The translations under genes were made by a program, and so were the position numbers. Below are positions 18,855 through 28,686 of a DNA stretch of 64,000 bases, piece by piece. Below the pieces are notes generated by a model, which did no database searches, was not told the origin of the DNA, and saw only the letters and a program-made list of their open reading frames with translations. Position 1 is the stretch's first letter. The number at the start of each line of letters is the position of its first letter. The DNA is from Kiritimatiellia bacterium (GTDB lineage Bacteria; Verrucomicrobiota; Kiritimatiellia; RFP12; UBA1067), in NCBI GenBank assembly GCA_050949565.1, contig JBMNFY010000017.1, positions 1,760,001-1,824,000 of the forward strand, in the 5' to 3' direction.

Positions 18855-19895
18855 TTAACACCTCATAGCCTGATCGCGGGCTCCGCCCGCGTTGCGTCTT
18901 CGCGTCAGCAGCGGAATCGCACCCAGCATGCTCACGGCCGTGACTAACGCATGGCCCGCTAGGCTGAGCGCGACCAGGTGCGTGTTGTCGAGCCCCAATG
19001 GTCCGGACACCGCCTGCGCCGTCAGTTCACGCACGCCCAGACCGCCGATTGAAATCGGCAGGGCTGAAACCACGCCGAATAGTGGAATCACCATCCACAT
19101 GGTGAGCGACGGAATCGCAAGGCCGAGTGCGCGGATGATGAAGAGGTTGCTCCAGGTCTTGAGCACCTGTGAGGCGAGTGCCGCCAACAGCAGCGGCACC
19201 AGACGACGCGGCGCACCCGCGAACGCGCAGGCCGCGCGGAACAATGCGCGCACAGCATCCCGCCAGCCGGTCTCGTCCGACCCTTCAGACACATCGTGCG
19301 CGGGCACCGCGCACCGTCGCGCTGCCATACTGACGAGCGGCAGCGCCACGAGCACGGCGCCCGCAGCCGTCACAGCCATACCCCATCCATGGCGGTCGAT
19401 CAACAGCGCGAACCCGCCGATGCCGAGCAGCATCGCGAGATTGAGCGCGCGGTCCAATAATAGGCTCATCACCACCACGCGCCACGTCGGCGCGGTGGAG
19501 GTTTCACCGCTCGGGGCGGGCGCACCGTTGCGCATCACGAGATAGCCCTTGACCACATCACCGCCGACATTGGAGGGCAGGAAGCTGTTGAAAAACATGC
19601 CGCTCCAGTGACAGGCCGCCGCATCGCGGAAACGCATCGACGGCAGGCGCGCGCGCAAGATGCAGAACCATGAGGCGGCACCCGCGAATCCGCCCAGTAC
19701 CAGCATCAGCGCGGCGACCAGCAGCGGACCGGGGCGCGCCTGGCGCAGACTGGCGGCGAGCACATCAAGGCGTACCCAGCGCAGACTTACCACAAGCAAC
19801 ACCAATGTGACGGCGACCTTTATCAACAGGGATGAGCGTTTGCGGGCGGCTTCTGCCGCACCAAAGCCCGGTAATCGGTTAGTGACAGGAGTCAT
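18855..19895 (-). CDS. Lysylphosphatidylglycerol synthase TM / flippase-like membrane protein (UPF0104)
   Basis: GMFFNSFLPSNVGGDVVK, LLLDR and LPISIGGLGVRE motifs; multiple TM segments. Confidence 0.8.
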   Translation of the reverse strand: MTPVTNRLPGFGAAEAARKRSSLLIKVAVTLVLLVVSLRWVRLDVLAASLRQARPGPLLVAALMLVLGGFAGAASWFCILRARLPSMRFRDAAACHWSGMFFNSFLPSNVGGDVVKGYLVMRNGAPAPSGETSTAPTWRVVVMSLLLDRALNLAMLLGIGGFALLIDRHGWGMAVTAAGAVLVALPLVSMAARRCAVPAHDVSEGSDETGWRDAVRALFRAACAFAGAPRRLVPLLLAALASQVLKTWSNLFIIRALGLAIPSLTMWMVIPLFGVVSALPISIGGLGVRELTAQAVSGPLGLDNTHLVALSLAGHALVTAVSMLGAIPLLTRRRNAGGARDQAMRC

Positions 19896-19928
19896 GCGAG
19901 TTGAGTGCGTGTTTTGTGTGTGCGCAGT

Positions 19929-20345
19929 CGGGAGCGCGGGCGTCCCCGCCCGCAGAAAGTTGAAAGATTTTAACGCAGAGACGCAGAGGCGCAGAGATTT
20001 TTACGGGATGGCGTCGTGACCGCCGCCGAGGGGGGAGGGACGAGCGTCTGCTCGTCCACGGGCAAGCAGACGCTTGCCCCTCCCTGTGCTCCGCGATAGA
20101 ACCTGAAACCATCCTTCCGCACAGCGGAAGGCGGCTCGTGGGGACACTCGCCCTCCATTGCTTGCTCCGGCGGCTCGTGGGGACACTCGCCCTCCATTGC
20201 TTGCTCCGGCGGCTCGTGGGGACACTCGCCCTCCATTGCTTGCTCCGGCGGCTCGTGGGGACACTCGCCCTCCATTGCTTGCTCCGGCGGCTCGTGGGGA
20301 CACTCGCCCTCCAAATCATGTCAATCATGTCAATCATGTCAAAAA
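19929..20345. repeat. Intergenic mosaic of REP-like modules
   Basis: GGGAGCGCGGGCGTCCCCGCCCGC, GCAGAGACGCAGAGGCGCAGAG, GGAGGGACGAGCGTCTGCTCGTCC (also at ~50933), (ATCATGTCA)x3 (related reverse complement at ~3078). Confidence 0.8.
20130..20313. repeat. 39-bp perfect tandem repeat, 4.7 copies
   Basis: GGCGGCTCGTGGGGACACTCGCCCTCCATTGCTTGCTCC at 20130, 20169, 20208, 20247 and partial at 20286; core also single at ~37490. Confidence 0.95.
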
Positions 20346-20391
20346 TAAATCTGACTCATTCCGGCTAAAAAACCAAGGCTGCACGTCCCTG

Positions 20392-22884
20392 TCAAAAGAG
20401 CATGAGCTGCCCCGGCGCATCGGTGCTCTTACGACTGCTGCGCCGTGCGAGTTTCGGCATGCCTGCCTCCAGATCGTTCTCTTCGAGATTGGCGAGGATC
20501 TCACGCGAACGCTCCACCACTTCATCCGGCATACCGGCCAAGCGCGCCACGTGAATACCGTAGCTTTTGTCCGCCGTGCCAGGCGCGATACGCCGCAAGA
20601 AGATGATCGACTCCCCGTGTTCGCGCACCTGCACCGTGTAGTTTTTGACACCGTTCAGCGTGATGGCCAAGTCGGTGAGTTCGTGGTAATGGGTGGCGAA
20701 AAGGGTCTTGGCCTTGACAGAGGGCGTGTTGTGCAGATATTCGGCGACCGCCCACGCGATGCTGATGCCGTCGAAGGTGCTGGTGCCGCGTCCGATCTCA
20801 TCCAGTACGATCAAACTTTTGGCGGTGGCGTTGTTGAGGATGTTGGCGGTCTCCTGCATCTCGACCATGAAAGTACTGCGGCCGCGCGCGAGATCGTCGC
20901 CCGCGCCGACACGCGTGAAAACGCGGTCCAGCAGACTGATACGCGCGGCGCTCGCCGGCACGAATGAGCCGATATGCGCCATGATCGCGATCAGCGCGAC
21001 CTGCCGGATGAAGGTGGACTTGCCCGCCATGTTCGGCCCTGTGATCAGCATGATCTGGTTGCGTTGGCAGTCGAGCAGGACATCGTTGGGCACGAACTGC
21101 TCGGCGTCGGGCAGTTGCTCGATCACCGGGTGGCGGCCGTCGCGGATTTCCAGTGTGTTGTCCTCGGTGATTTCCGGACGCACATAACCAAGGGCGAGGG
21201 CGCGGTCGGCCAGCGAGCCTAACACATCCGCTTGCGCCAGTGCGTCGGCGGTCTCCTGCACGGCTGCGGTGTGCGCCACGACCTCTTCGCGTAGCGCGCA
21301 GAACAGCTCGAACTCCATCGCGGTGGAGCGCTCCTGCGCACCAAAAATCTTCTGCTCGTAGGTCTTTAGTTCCGGCGTAATGAAGCGCTCGGCATTGACC
21401 AGCGTTTGGCGTCGCTCGTACTCCGGCGGCACGGCACCGGCCTGGCCTTTGGAGACCTCAATGAAGAAGCCGAAAACTTTGTTGTGGCGCACCTTGAGAG
21501 TCTTGATGCCGGTACGCTCTTGCTCGCTGGCTTGATATTTGGCGAGCCAGTCGTGGCCTTCCGAAGCCAGCGCGCGCAACTCGTCCAATTCCGCGTTGTA
21601 GCCGGCGCGGATGATACCGCCGTCCTTGAGACTGACCGGCGGCTCGTCGGCAATAGCACGCTCAATCAGCGTGACCAGATCGGGCAGGGGGTGGAGTTGC
21701 GCGGCGGTCTCGCGCAGCAGGGCGTCGGTCGTTTGCTCCAAGCGCTCGCGCAGTGCGGGTACTGGCAACAGCGATGCCGCCAGTGCTCTTACGTCGCGCG
21801 CGTTGCCGCGTCCCGAGTCGATACGCGCGATGAGCCGTTCGAGATCGCGTATCTGCGCGAGCTTTTCGCGCAGGTCGTTCAAGACCAGACGCTGGCAGGT
21901 CAGGCATTCGACCGCATCAAGCCGCGCCTTGATGGCGGGTGCCTGACGAAGCGGTCGGATCATCCACGTGCGCAGCAGACGCGCGCCCATTGGCGTTTGC
22001 GTGTTGTTGAGTACACCGAGCAGCGTTGTCTCCTGTGGCTTACCACGCTGGGGGATCAGGTCGAGGTTGACGCAGGTGTTTTCATCGAGCGTCAGGAAAG
22101 CATCGGCGTGACGCACATGCAGGGCGCGGACGTGACTGACCGCGTGCCGTAACTCTTCGTTGACGTAACGGAGCAGCGCACCGGCCGGACCGACCAGTTC
22201 GGCCACGCCCTCGCAACCGTAGCCTTCGAGCGAGTGCACTTGAAAGTGACGTAGCAGGCGGTCGCAGGCGCAGTCATACTCGAACGTCCAGTCGTCGATA
22301 TCGGTGACAGTGCTGAGTGCGCCTGCAGCACGGACACGCTGTATACGCGGGTCGGCGAGCGCCTCGCGTCCGATCAGGCACTCGCTGGGCGCGTAGCGCT
22401 TGAGCAGATCGGCCAGCGCGTCGTCATCGGGCACGGCTTCCACCGTGAAGGCACCGGTCGAGAGATCCAGCAAGGCCAGTCCCAGCTTTTTGCCGACATA
22501 GATCGCGGCAATGTAATTGTTGCGAGCCGCGTCGAGTATCTCATCCTCGGTGACGGTTCCGGGGGTGACCACGCGGGTGACTTCGCGGCGCACGAGCCCT
22601 TTGGCCTTGGAAGGGTCTTCCATCTGGTCGCAGATTGCGGCCTTCTTGCCAGCGCGGATCAACTTAGCGAGGTAGGCATCGATGGCGTGGTAGGGCACGC
22701 CGCACATCGGGGTTCCAGAGCGTTGAGTCAGGGCCACGCCCAAGATCGGCGCTGCCGTACACGCATCCTCAAAAAACATCTCATAGAAATCCCCGAGGCG
22801 GAACAGCAAGATCACGCCGTCCGGCAACTCCGCTTTGATGCGTCGATACTGACGCATCATCGGGGTCAACTCTTCACCAGCCAT
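20392..22884 (-). CDS. mutS: DNA mismatch repair protein MutS
   Basis: TPMMRQY, FRLGDFYEMF, TGPNMAGKST, STFMVEM, LDEIGRGTST, FATHYHEL. Confidence 0.97.
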   Translation of the reverse strand: MAGEELTPMMRQYRRIKAELPDGVILLFRLGDFYEMFFEDACTAAPILGVALTQRSGTPMCGVPYHAIDAYLAKLIRAGKKAAICDQMEDPSKAKGLVRREVTRVVTPGTVTEDEILDAARNNYIAAIYVGKKLGLALLDLSTGAFTVEAVPDDDALADLLKRYAPSECLIGREALADPRIQRVRAAGALSTVTDIDDWTFEYDCACDRLLRHFQVHSLEGYGCEGVAELVGPAGALLRYVNEELRHAVSHVRALHVRHADAFLTLDENTCVNLDLIPQRGKPQETTLLGVLNNTQTPMGARLLRTWMIRPLRQAPAIKARLDAVECLTCQRLVLNDLREKLAQIRDLERLIARIDSGRGNARDVRALAASLLPVPALRERLEQTTDALLRETAAQLHPLPDLVTLIERAIADEPPVSLKDGGIIRAGYNAELDELRALASEGHDWLAKYQASEQERTGIKTLKVRHNKVFGFFIEVSKGQAGAVPPEYERRQTLVNAERFITPELKTYEQKIFGAQERSTAMEFELFCALREEVVAHTAAVQETADALAQADVLGSLADRALALGYVRPEITEDNTLEIRDGRHPVIEQLPDAEQFVPNDVLLDCQRNQIMLITGPNMAGKSTFIRQVALIAIMAHIGSFVPASAARISLLDRVFTRVGAGDDLARGRSTFMVEMQETANILNNATAKSLIVLDEIGRGTSTFDGISIAWAVAEYLHNTPSVKAKTLFATHYHELTDLAITLNGVKNYTVQVREHGESIIFLRRIAPGTADKSYGIHVARLAGMPDEVVERSREILANLEENDLEAGMPKLARRSSRKSTDAPGQLMLF

Positions 22885-22995
22885 CGAACAAACTCCTCCG
22901 GGTCGGCGATCTCCGACCCCATTGATAGTCAGTTTCGCATGTTCACGCGCCTTCCGTCAATCCGGTAACGCGCGGATGCGGTAACAGAGTGCTGG

Positions 22996-23024
22996 TTGAC
23001 ACCCTCTAGCGGAAGCGATAAGCT
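22996..23024 (+). promoter_or_regulatory. Sigma70 promoter of cstA
   Basis: TTGACA-N17-TAAGCT, followed by AAAGGA SD and ATG 23056. Confidence 0.6.
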
Positions 23025-23055
23025 CAAATACAAATCGCTACGAAAGGAAAAAACC

Positions 23056-24789
23056 ATGAACGGGGCTTTGCTGCTTGTCGGTTCTTGTGTGCTGTTTTAT
23101 CTCGCGTATCATTTTTACGGGCGCATCGTTGAACGGGTGCTCGGAGTTGATCCCGCGCGACCGACGCCCGCGCATACGCTGCGCGATGGTGTGGACTATG
23201 TGCCGACACATCCCGCGATCTTGTTCGGCCACCATTTCGCCAGTATCGCCGGTGCCGGGCCGATCGTCGGGCCGGTGCTGGCGGCGCAGTTCGGCTGGGT
23301 GGCGGTGGCGCTCTGGGTTGTGTTTGGTTGTATCCTCATCGGGTCGGTGCATGATCTGGCCGCGATGTTCCTGTCGATCCGCCATCAGGGGCGTTCGATC
23401 GGCACGGTGATCGAGTCGCTGATGGGCTATTGGGGGCGGATGCTCTTCCTCTTTTTCTGTTGGTTCACGCTGGTGCTTGTTGTGGCGGAGTTTCTGCGCA
23501 TCGCGGCCGAAACCTTTGTCGAGATTCCGGCGGTCGGCACGGCCTCGATGTTGTTCATTGTGCTGGCGATCGGCTTTGGCCGTATGGTCTGTCGAGGCGG
23601 CATGAGTGTGCTGGTCGGATCGCTGATCTTTGTGCCGCTGACCTTTGCCTGCGTCTATTTCGGCACGTTGATTCCGATCGACTTTGTGAAATTGCTGGGG
23701 TGCGATGCGGCGACCGCCCGGCAGATCTGGGTGATCGTGCTACTGGCCTACTGCTTCGCGGCCTCGGTGCTGCCGGTGTGGCTGCTGCTACAGCCGCGCG
23801 ACTACCTCAACTCCTATCTGCTCTACGCCATGATGGCGCTCGGCTTTGTCGGTATCTTGGTGGCGCGGCCGATGATGAATCTGGACGCCTTCACCGGCTG
23901 GCATGCGGTGAATCCGTTGAGCGGTGGCACCGAGCCCTTGATTCCGTTGCTGTTTGTGACGGTGGCGTGCGGCGCTTGTTCCGGCTTCCACGCGCTGGTG
24001 GCCTCGGGCACGACCGCCAAGCAGATAGACAGCGAACGCCACCTCCGGCCGGTGGCTTACGGTAGCATGTTGATCGAAGGGGTGCTGGCGATCATTGCGC
24101 TGGTCGCGGTTGGTGTGATGACGCAGGGCGAGTACGCGGCAGCGCTGAAAGAGCAGGGCGCGGTCAAGCTGTTCGCAGGCGGCGTCGCGAGTTTCACCGA
24201 CAAACTGGGACTGCCACACGAGGCGGGCATCGTCTTCATCTCGCTGGTGCTGGCGGCTTTTCTGATGACGACGCTCGATACGGCCACGCGTCTGGCGCGC
24301 TTCACCTGGCAGGAGCTTTTCCTGCCGCGCGGGCAATCGGATGAAAACGCATCTCCGGCCGCTGCCGCGCCGGCGTTGCCTGCGGTTCAGGCGTTCTTCT
24401 CTAACCGTTATATCGCCACACTGATTGCGGTGGTCGCCGCCGGTTGGTTGTTGCTCGGCGGCGGGGCGAAGAGCATCTGGCCGGTCTTTGCCTCGTCCAA
24501 TCAATTGCTCGCCGCGCTGACGCTGCTCGGGTGCAGTCTGTGGCTGCTGCGCCACAAGCGCCCGCTCGCTCTCACGCTGCTGCCGATGCTCTTTATGATG
24601 ATCACCAGCGGCTCGGCGGTCATCACCCTCTTCTTGCGCAACGCGCGGGCTTGGCAGGCGGACGGCTTTAAGGCCGGGGGCGTCATGACGCTGACGACCG
24701 GCATCCTGATCGTGATGTCGATCGCGTTGATCGTCATGGGAACGATCAGCATCCTGCAGACCATGAAACAGAGTGAAAGGAAAGCGTAG
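23056..24789 (+). CDS. cstA: Carbon starvation protein A family peptide/pyruvate transporter
   Basis: DGVDYVPT, GHHFASIAGAGPIVGP, LLLQPRDY, ACGACSGFHAL, TTLDTATRLAR, IWPVFASSNQLLA. Confidence 0.93.
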   Translation: MNGALLLVGSCVLFYLAYHFYGRIVERVLGVDPARPTPAHTLRDGVDYVPTHPAILFGHHFASIAGAGPIVGPVLAAQFGWVAVALWVVFGCILIGSVHDLAAMFLSIRHQGRSIGTVIESLMGYWGRMLFLFFCWFTLVLVVAEFLRIAAETFVEIPAVGTASMLFIVLAIGFGRMVCRGGMSVLVGSLIFVPLTFACVYFGTLIPIDFVKLLGCDAATARQIWVIVLLAYCFAASVLPVWLLLQPRDYLNSYLLYAMMALGFVGILVARPMMNLDAFTGWHAVNPLSGGTEPLIPLLFVTVACGACSGFHALVASGTTAKQIDSERHLRPVAYGSMLIEGVLAIIALVAVGVMTQGEYAAALKEQGAVKLFAGGVASFTDKLGLPHEAGIVFISLVLAAFLMTTLDTATRLARFTWQELFLPRGQSDENASPAAAAPALPAVQAFFSNRYIATLIAVVAAGWLLLGGGAKSIWPVFASSNQLLAALTLLGCSLWLLRHKRPLALTLLPMLFMMITSGSAVITLFLRNARAWQADGFKAGGVMTLTTGILIVMSIALIVMGTISILQTMKQSERKA

Positions 24790-24791
24790 CC

Positions 24792-25964
24792 ATGGCGAAG
24801 GAACTGGCGTTTGTCCTCATCAACCCGTATCCGATCCGCAAATCGCGTACCGGCGGTATTATCGCGCGCTATCTCGTGCGTACCGATCTCAAGCTGGTCG
24901 GCGCGCGTGTTGTTGGGGCGTCGGCTGAACTGGTCAACGAGTTCGCCACCTATCTGGAGACCTACGATCCGGACGACCCGGAAAAGTGCGCGCTTCTTTC
25001 GAACTATGTGCGGCGTTTCTACACGCCGGACGCCGCGACCGGCCGTCCGCACCGCTCGATGCTGCTGCTCTTCGAGGGCGACGATGCGATTCGCAAGATT
25101 TTCGATGTCACCGGCTCCATCCATCAGCAGTGGGGTAGCGGGCAGAGCGTGCGTGACACCTACGGTGACTTGGTGCGTAATCCGACGACCGGCGAGGTCG
25201 AATATTTTGAGCCGGCGGTGATGGTCGGTCCTTCCCAGAAGGTCGTGGGCGACATCCTGCGTATGTGGCTACCGCATCTCGCGTCGCAAGCCGGCATCGT
25301 ACGCGGTGCGCTGGACGTGCCGGGCGGCGCTGACGTGCAGGAGACGCTGGTGATGCTCAAGCCGGACAACTGGCGTCAGCCGTCGTTGCGCGCCGGCAAC
25401 ATCATGGATTTGCTCTCGAACTCAGGTCTGCGCATCGTGGGCGTGAAAAAGTTCTCTATGTCGGTGGCGCAAGCCGAAGAGTTTTACGGGCCGGTGCGTG
25501 AGGGGCTGAAGAAGGTCTTCAAGAAATTCGCGGCGGACCGCGCCGCGCAGGCGTTGTCGCGTGAGTTCGGTTTCCCGGTGGATGCCGCGCCGCTCGATGA
25601 CCTGTGCGACATGCTGGCGCCCTCCTTTGCCGAGCGCGAGTTCGAGAGTATCGTGGAGTTCATGACCGGGCGCCGTCCTTCGAACTGTCTGCCCGAGGAG
25701 CGCACCCTGCCCGGCACCGAAGAGTGCCTGGCGATCGTGTACGAGGGCCCCGATGCGGTGGCCAAGATTCGCGACATTCTGGGCGCTACGGATCCGACCA
25801 AGGCGCGTCCCGGCTCGATCCGCCGCGAGTTCGGTACCAACATCATGGTCAACGCCGCGCATGCCTCCGACTCAGTGGAGAACGCACGGCGCGAAATGCG
25901 CATCCTCGACGTGGCAAACGATCCGCACTTTGAGACGCTGATCAAGAAGTACTATGTAGACTGA
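24792..25964 (+). CDS. ndk: Nucleoside-diphosphate kinase, tandem two-domain form
   Basis: C-domain TLVMLKPD..LGATDPTKARPGSIRREFG..NAAHASDS; N-domain is a degenerate NDK repeat. Confidence 0.8.
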   Translation: MAKELAFVLINPYPIRKSRTGGIIARYLVRTDLKLVGARVVGASAELVNEFATYLETYDPDDPEKCALLSNYVRRFYTPDAATGRPHRSMLLLFEGDDAIRKIFDVTGSIHQQWGSGQSVRDTYGDLVRNPTTGEVEYFEPAVMVGPSQKVVGDILRMWLPHLASQAGIVRGALDVPGGADVQETLVMLKPDNWRQPSLRAGNIMDLLSNSGLRIVGVKKFSMSVAQAEEFYGPVREGLKKVFKKFAADRAAQALSREFGFPVDAAPLDDLCDMLAPSFAEREFESIVEFMTGRRPSNCLPEERTLPGTEECLAIVYEGPDAVAKIRDILGATDPTKARPGSIRREFGTNIMVNAAHASDSVENARREMRILDVANDPHFETLIKKYYVD

Positions 25965-26002
25965 CCCCATCGAATTTTGTATAAAGGGGCGCAACACATT
26001 AC

Positions 26003-26087
26003 GGGCGCGTGGTGAAATTGGCATACACGCAGGATTTAGGTTCCTGTGCCGCGAGGCGTGAGGGTTCGACTCCCTCCGCGCCCACCA
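26003..26087 (+). tRNA. tRNA-Leu(TAG)
   Basis: GGGCGCG/CGCGCCC acceptor stem, CAGGA-TTTAGGT-TCCTG anticodon arm, long variable arm, GGTTCGACTCC, encoded CCA. Confidence 0.95.
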
Positions 26088-26370
26088 TTCTTTCGCGCAC
26101 AGCGCGAAAGAATGGTGATTTAGGAGTTAGCATTTAGGATTTAGGAGTTAGCGCTGCTCGGGTTTTTCATCCACAGATGGCACAGATTAGCACAGATTTT
26201 TTGGGGGCAGCCGGAACTGCCGTTCCTGCGGGGACTGCGGGCGAGGGCGGCGTGGAACGCCGCCAAATGACAGCCTGGTGCGGAGCAGCACCCGCAGCAC
26301 CCGCAGTGCCGGAAGCCCGGCGGCGTTCGCGCCGCCCACAAAACTCCTAACTCCTAAATCCTAAATCCTC
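26084..26370. repeat. Hairpin plus mosaic repeat bracketed by inverted TTAGGAG/CTCCTAA arrays
   Basis: ACCATTCTTTCGCGC-ACA-GCGCGAAAGAATGGT stem, CACAGAT repeats, inverted 9-mer modules, GGCGGCG..CGCCGCC palindromes. Confidence 0.75.
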
Positions 26371-26551
26371 CTTCCAGAGGGCGTTACTTTCCTGTCGCCA
26401 CGGGTCGGGGGCGTGTGATAAGCTAGCGTTTGTTTCTTGAGGTCAGGGGTTTTCAATTTGACAATTTTCCGAAATATGTCAAACTGCGCGACCTCAAACG
26501 ACGCCGGAGGGTGGCTTTGGTTGATTGGATGGCGTCAAGAGGAGCAGTAGC

Positions 26552-27478
26552 ATGAGTAAAAAAGCGTGCATATTTGCAGGTCAGGGGGCGCAGGTTCCCG
26601 GCATGGGCAGCGACTTCGCGGCGGATGCCGGGATCGCAGAACTCTTCACCCGCGCCAACGCGGTGCTGGGGTTTGATCTCACCAAGATCTGTTTCGAAGG
26701 CCCCGCAGAAGAGTTGACGAAATCGAATGTCTGCCAGCCTGCGATCTTTACGGTCAGCGTGGCCGCCTTCAAGGCGTTTCGCGCGCGTTATCCGCAAGTG
26801 GAGTTCGCGATGGCCGCTGGTCTCAGCCTCGGCGAGTGGACCGCACTGCATATCGCGGGGGTGCTGGATTTTGAGTCGACGCTGACGGTGCTTGAGGCGC
26901 GCGGGCGTTTTATGCAGCAGGCGTGCGAAGAGCAGGCCACCGGCATGATCAGCATCATGGGTGCCTCGGATGAGCAGTTGCAAACGATTTGTGATAGGGC
27001 TGGCCTTACGGTGGCCAACATCAACTCCGACTCGCAGATCGTGCTCTCCGGTCTCAAGACCGGTGTCGCCACGGCCGCCACGGTCGCCGCCGAGCTAGGC
27101 GTCAAGGCGATCCCGCTGAATGTCGCGGGTGCCTTCCACTCCCCGTTCATGGCCTCAGCCCGCACCAAACTCGCGGATGTCATTGCGGACATCACGTTCA
27201 GTGCGCCGACGCTGCCGGTGCTCGCCAATGTCAGTGGTGCGCCGCACAGCAATGATCCGGCCGCCATCAAAGAGGCGATGCTGCGGCAGGTGACCGAGTC
27301 CGTGCGCTGGTACGACTGCGTGCGCCACGCCATCGCGGACGGCGTCACGACATTCGTTGAGTTCGGCCCCGGCAAAGTGCTCTCTGGACTCATCCGGCGC
27401 ATCGACAAGAGCGTGACCACACAGAACGTGGCCGACACGGCATCGCTTGACGCGGCGGCCGCAGTTTGCGAAGCTTAA
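26552..27478 (+). CDS. fabD: Malonyl-CoA:ACP transacylase
   Basis: [46 protein letters not shown]. Confidence 0.95.
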   Translation: MSKKACIFAGQGAQVPGMGSDFAADAGIAELFTRANAVLGFDLTKICFEGPAEELTKSNVCQPAIFTVSVAAFKAFRARYPQVEFAMAAGLSLGEWTALHIAGVLDFESTLTVLEARGRFMQQACEEQATGMISIMGASDEQLQTICDRAGLTVANINSDSQIVLSGLKTGVATAATVAAELGVKAIPLNVAGAFHSPFMASARTKLADVIADITFSAPTLPVLANVSGAPHSNDPAAIKEAMLRQVTESVRWYDCVRHAIADGVTTFVEFGPGKVLSGLIRRIDKSVTTQNVADTASLDAAAAVCEA

Positions 27479-27501
27479 CACTTTGCACGAAGGAAATTAT
27501 C

Positions 27502-28245
27502 ATGGCAGTATTTGAAGGAAAAGTGGCGGTCGTGACCGGCGCTGCGCGCGGTATTGGTCAGGAGATCTCCAAACGATTGGCGCAGGAAGGCGCCGACGTG
27601 GCGCTTTGTGATTTGCAGGCGGAGTGGCTCGCCGAGACTGCGGGCATCGTCGAAGGGCTTGGCCGCAAGGCCTTGTCGTTGGCGGTGGACGTGGGCGACA
27701 GCGAAGCGGTCAACGCCTGCATCAATGAGGTGATCAAGGTATTCGGCAAGGTTGACATTATGGTCAACAACGCCGGGATCACCAAAGACACGCTCTTGGT
27801 GCGTATGTCGGATGACGATTGGGATGCGGTTCTGCGCGTGAACCTGAAGGGTACCTTTCTGTTCTCGCGTGCCGTGGCCAAGCACATGATGAAGCAGCGG
27901 AGCGGGGCGATCATCAACATCGCTTCGATCAGCGGCGTCATCGGCACCGCCGGACAAGCGAACTACGCGGCCTCCAAGGCCGGCGTGATCGCCCTGACGA
28001 AGTCCACCGCCAATGAACTGGCGTCGCGTGGCGTCCGGGCGAATGCGATCGCCCCGGGATTCATTTCGTCGAAAATGACCGACGCGCTGTCAGAGGACGT
28101 GCGCAAACAGTACCTGTCGCGGATCCCGCTGGGCCGTTTCGGGACCGTCGAAGACATCGCGAACGCGGTGGTCTTCCTCGCCTCGGAACAGTCGAGCTAC
28201 ATGACCGGACAGACGCTGCACGTCAACGGCGGCATGGTCATGTGA
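27502..28245 (+). CDS. fabG: 3-oxoacyl-ACP reductase
   Basis: [21 protein letters not shown]; lies between fabD and acpP. Confidence 0.95.
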   Translation: MAVFEGKVAVVTGAARGIGQEISKRLAQEGADVALCDLQAEWLAETAGIVEGLGRKALSLAVDVGDSEAVNACINEVIKVFGKVDIMVNNAGITKDTLLVRMSDDDWDAVLRVNLKGTFLFSRAVAKHMMKQRSGAIINIASISGVIGTAGQANYAASKAGVIALTKSTANELASRGVRANAIAPGFISSKMTDALSEDVRKQYLSRIPLGRFGTVEDIANAVVFLASEQSSYMTGQTLHVNGGMVM

Positions 28246-28311
28246 TGAATTGGCGCGGCATGTGCCGCAACTGTGTAAACAAGCAAGAGAAACTAGGTCA
28301 AGGAGAAACAA

Positions 28312-28560
28312 ATGGCTAGCAAACTCGAAGAGCGGGTCAAAGAGATTATCGTAGAGCAACTGGGCGTCAACGCCGAGCAGGTCACACCGGAGGCTTCGTT
28401 CATTGACGATCTGGGCGCGGACTCGCTGGACACTGTCGAGCTGATTATGGCGTTCGAAGAGGAATTCGGTGCCGAGATCCCGGACGAGGACGCCGAGAAG
28501 CTGACGTCAGTCGGCAAGGTGCTTGAGTACCTGGCGGGCAAGGGCTTCGATAAGGAGTAG
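28312..28560 (+). CDS. acpP: Acyl carrier protein
   Basis: [20 protein letters not shown]. Confidence 0.97.
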   Translation: MASKLEERVKEIIVEQLGVNAEQVTPEASFIDDLGADSLDTVELIMAFEEEFGAEIPDEDAEKLTSVGKVLEYLAGKGFDKE

Positions 28561-28612
28561 CCTTAGCTAGTGCATTAGTTCGTTAGTGCATTAGTTTAGC
28601 CCATATCGCTAC

Positions 28613-28648
28613 GAGCCGCCTTTCGCGCGTTGCGCGGAAGGCGGTCTC
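28613..28648 (+). terminator. Hairpin terminator after acpP
   Basis: CCGCCTTTCGCGC-GTT-GCGCGGAAGGCGG stem followed by TCTCTGTTT. Confidence 0.6.
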
Positions 28649-28686
28649 TGTTTCAGGCCGCAGCGGCGTAAACGCCGCCCACAGAA

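Noticed and set aside
20130-20313. CRISPR-like periodic array
   Set aside because: The intervening 12-mers are identical, so there are no unique spacers; no cas genes in the window.
19879-20368. Repeat-peptide ORFs (WRASVPTSRRSKQ and similar)
   Set aside because: Products of the 39-bp array being a multiple of three; open in many frames with no translation signals.
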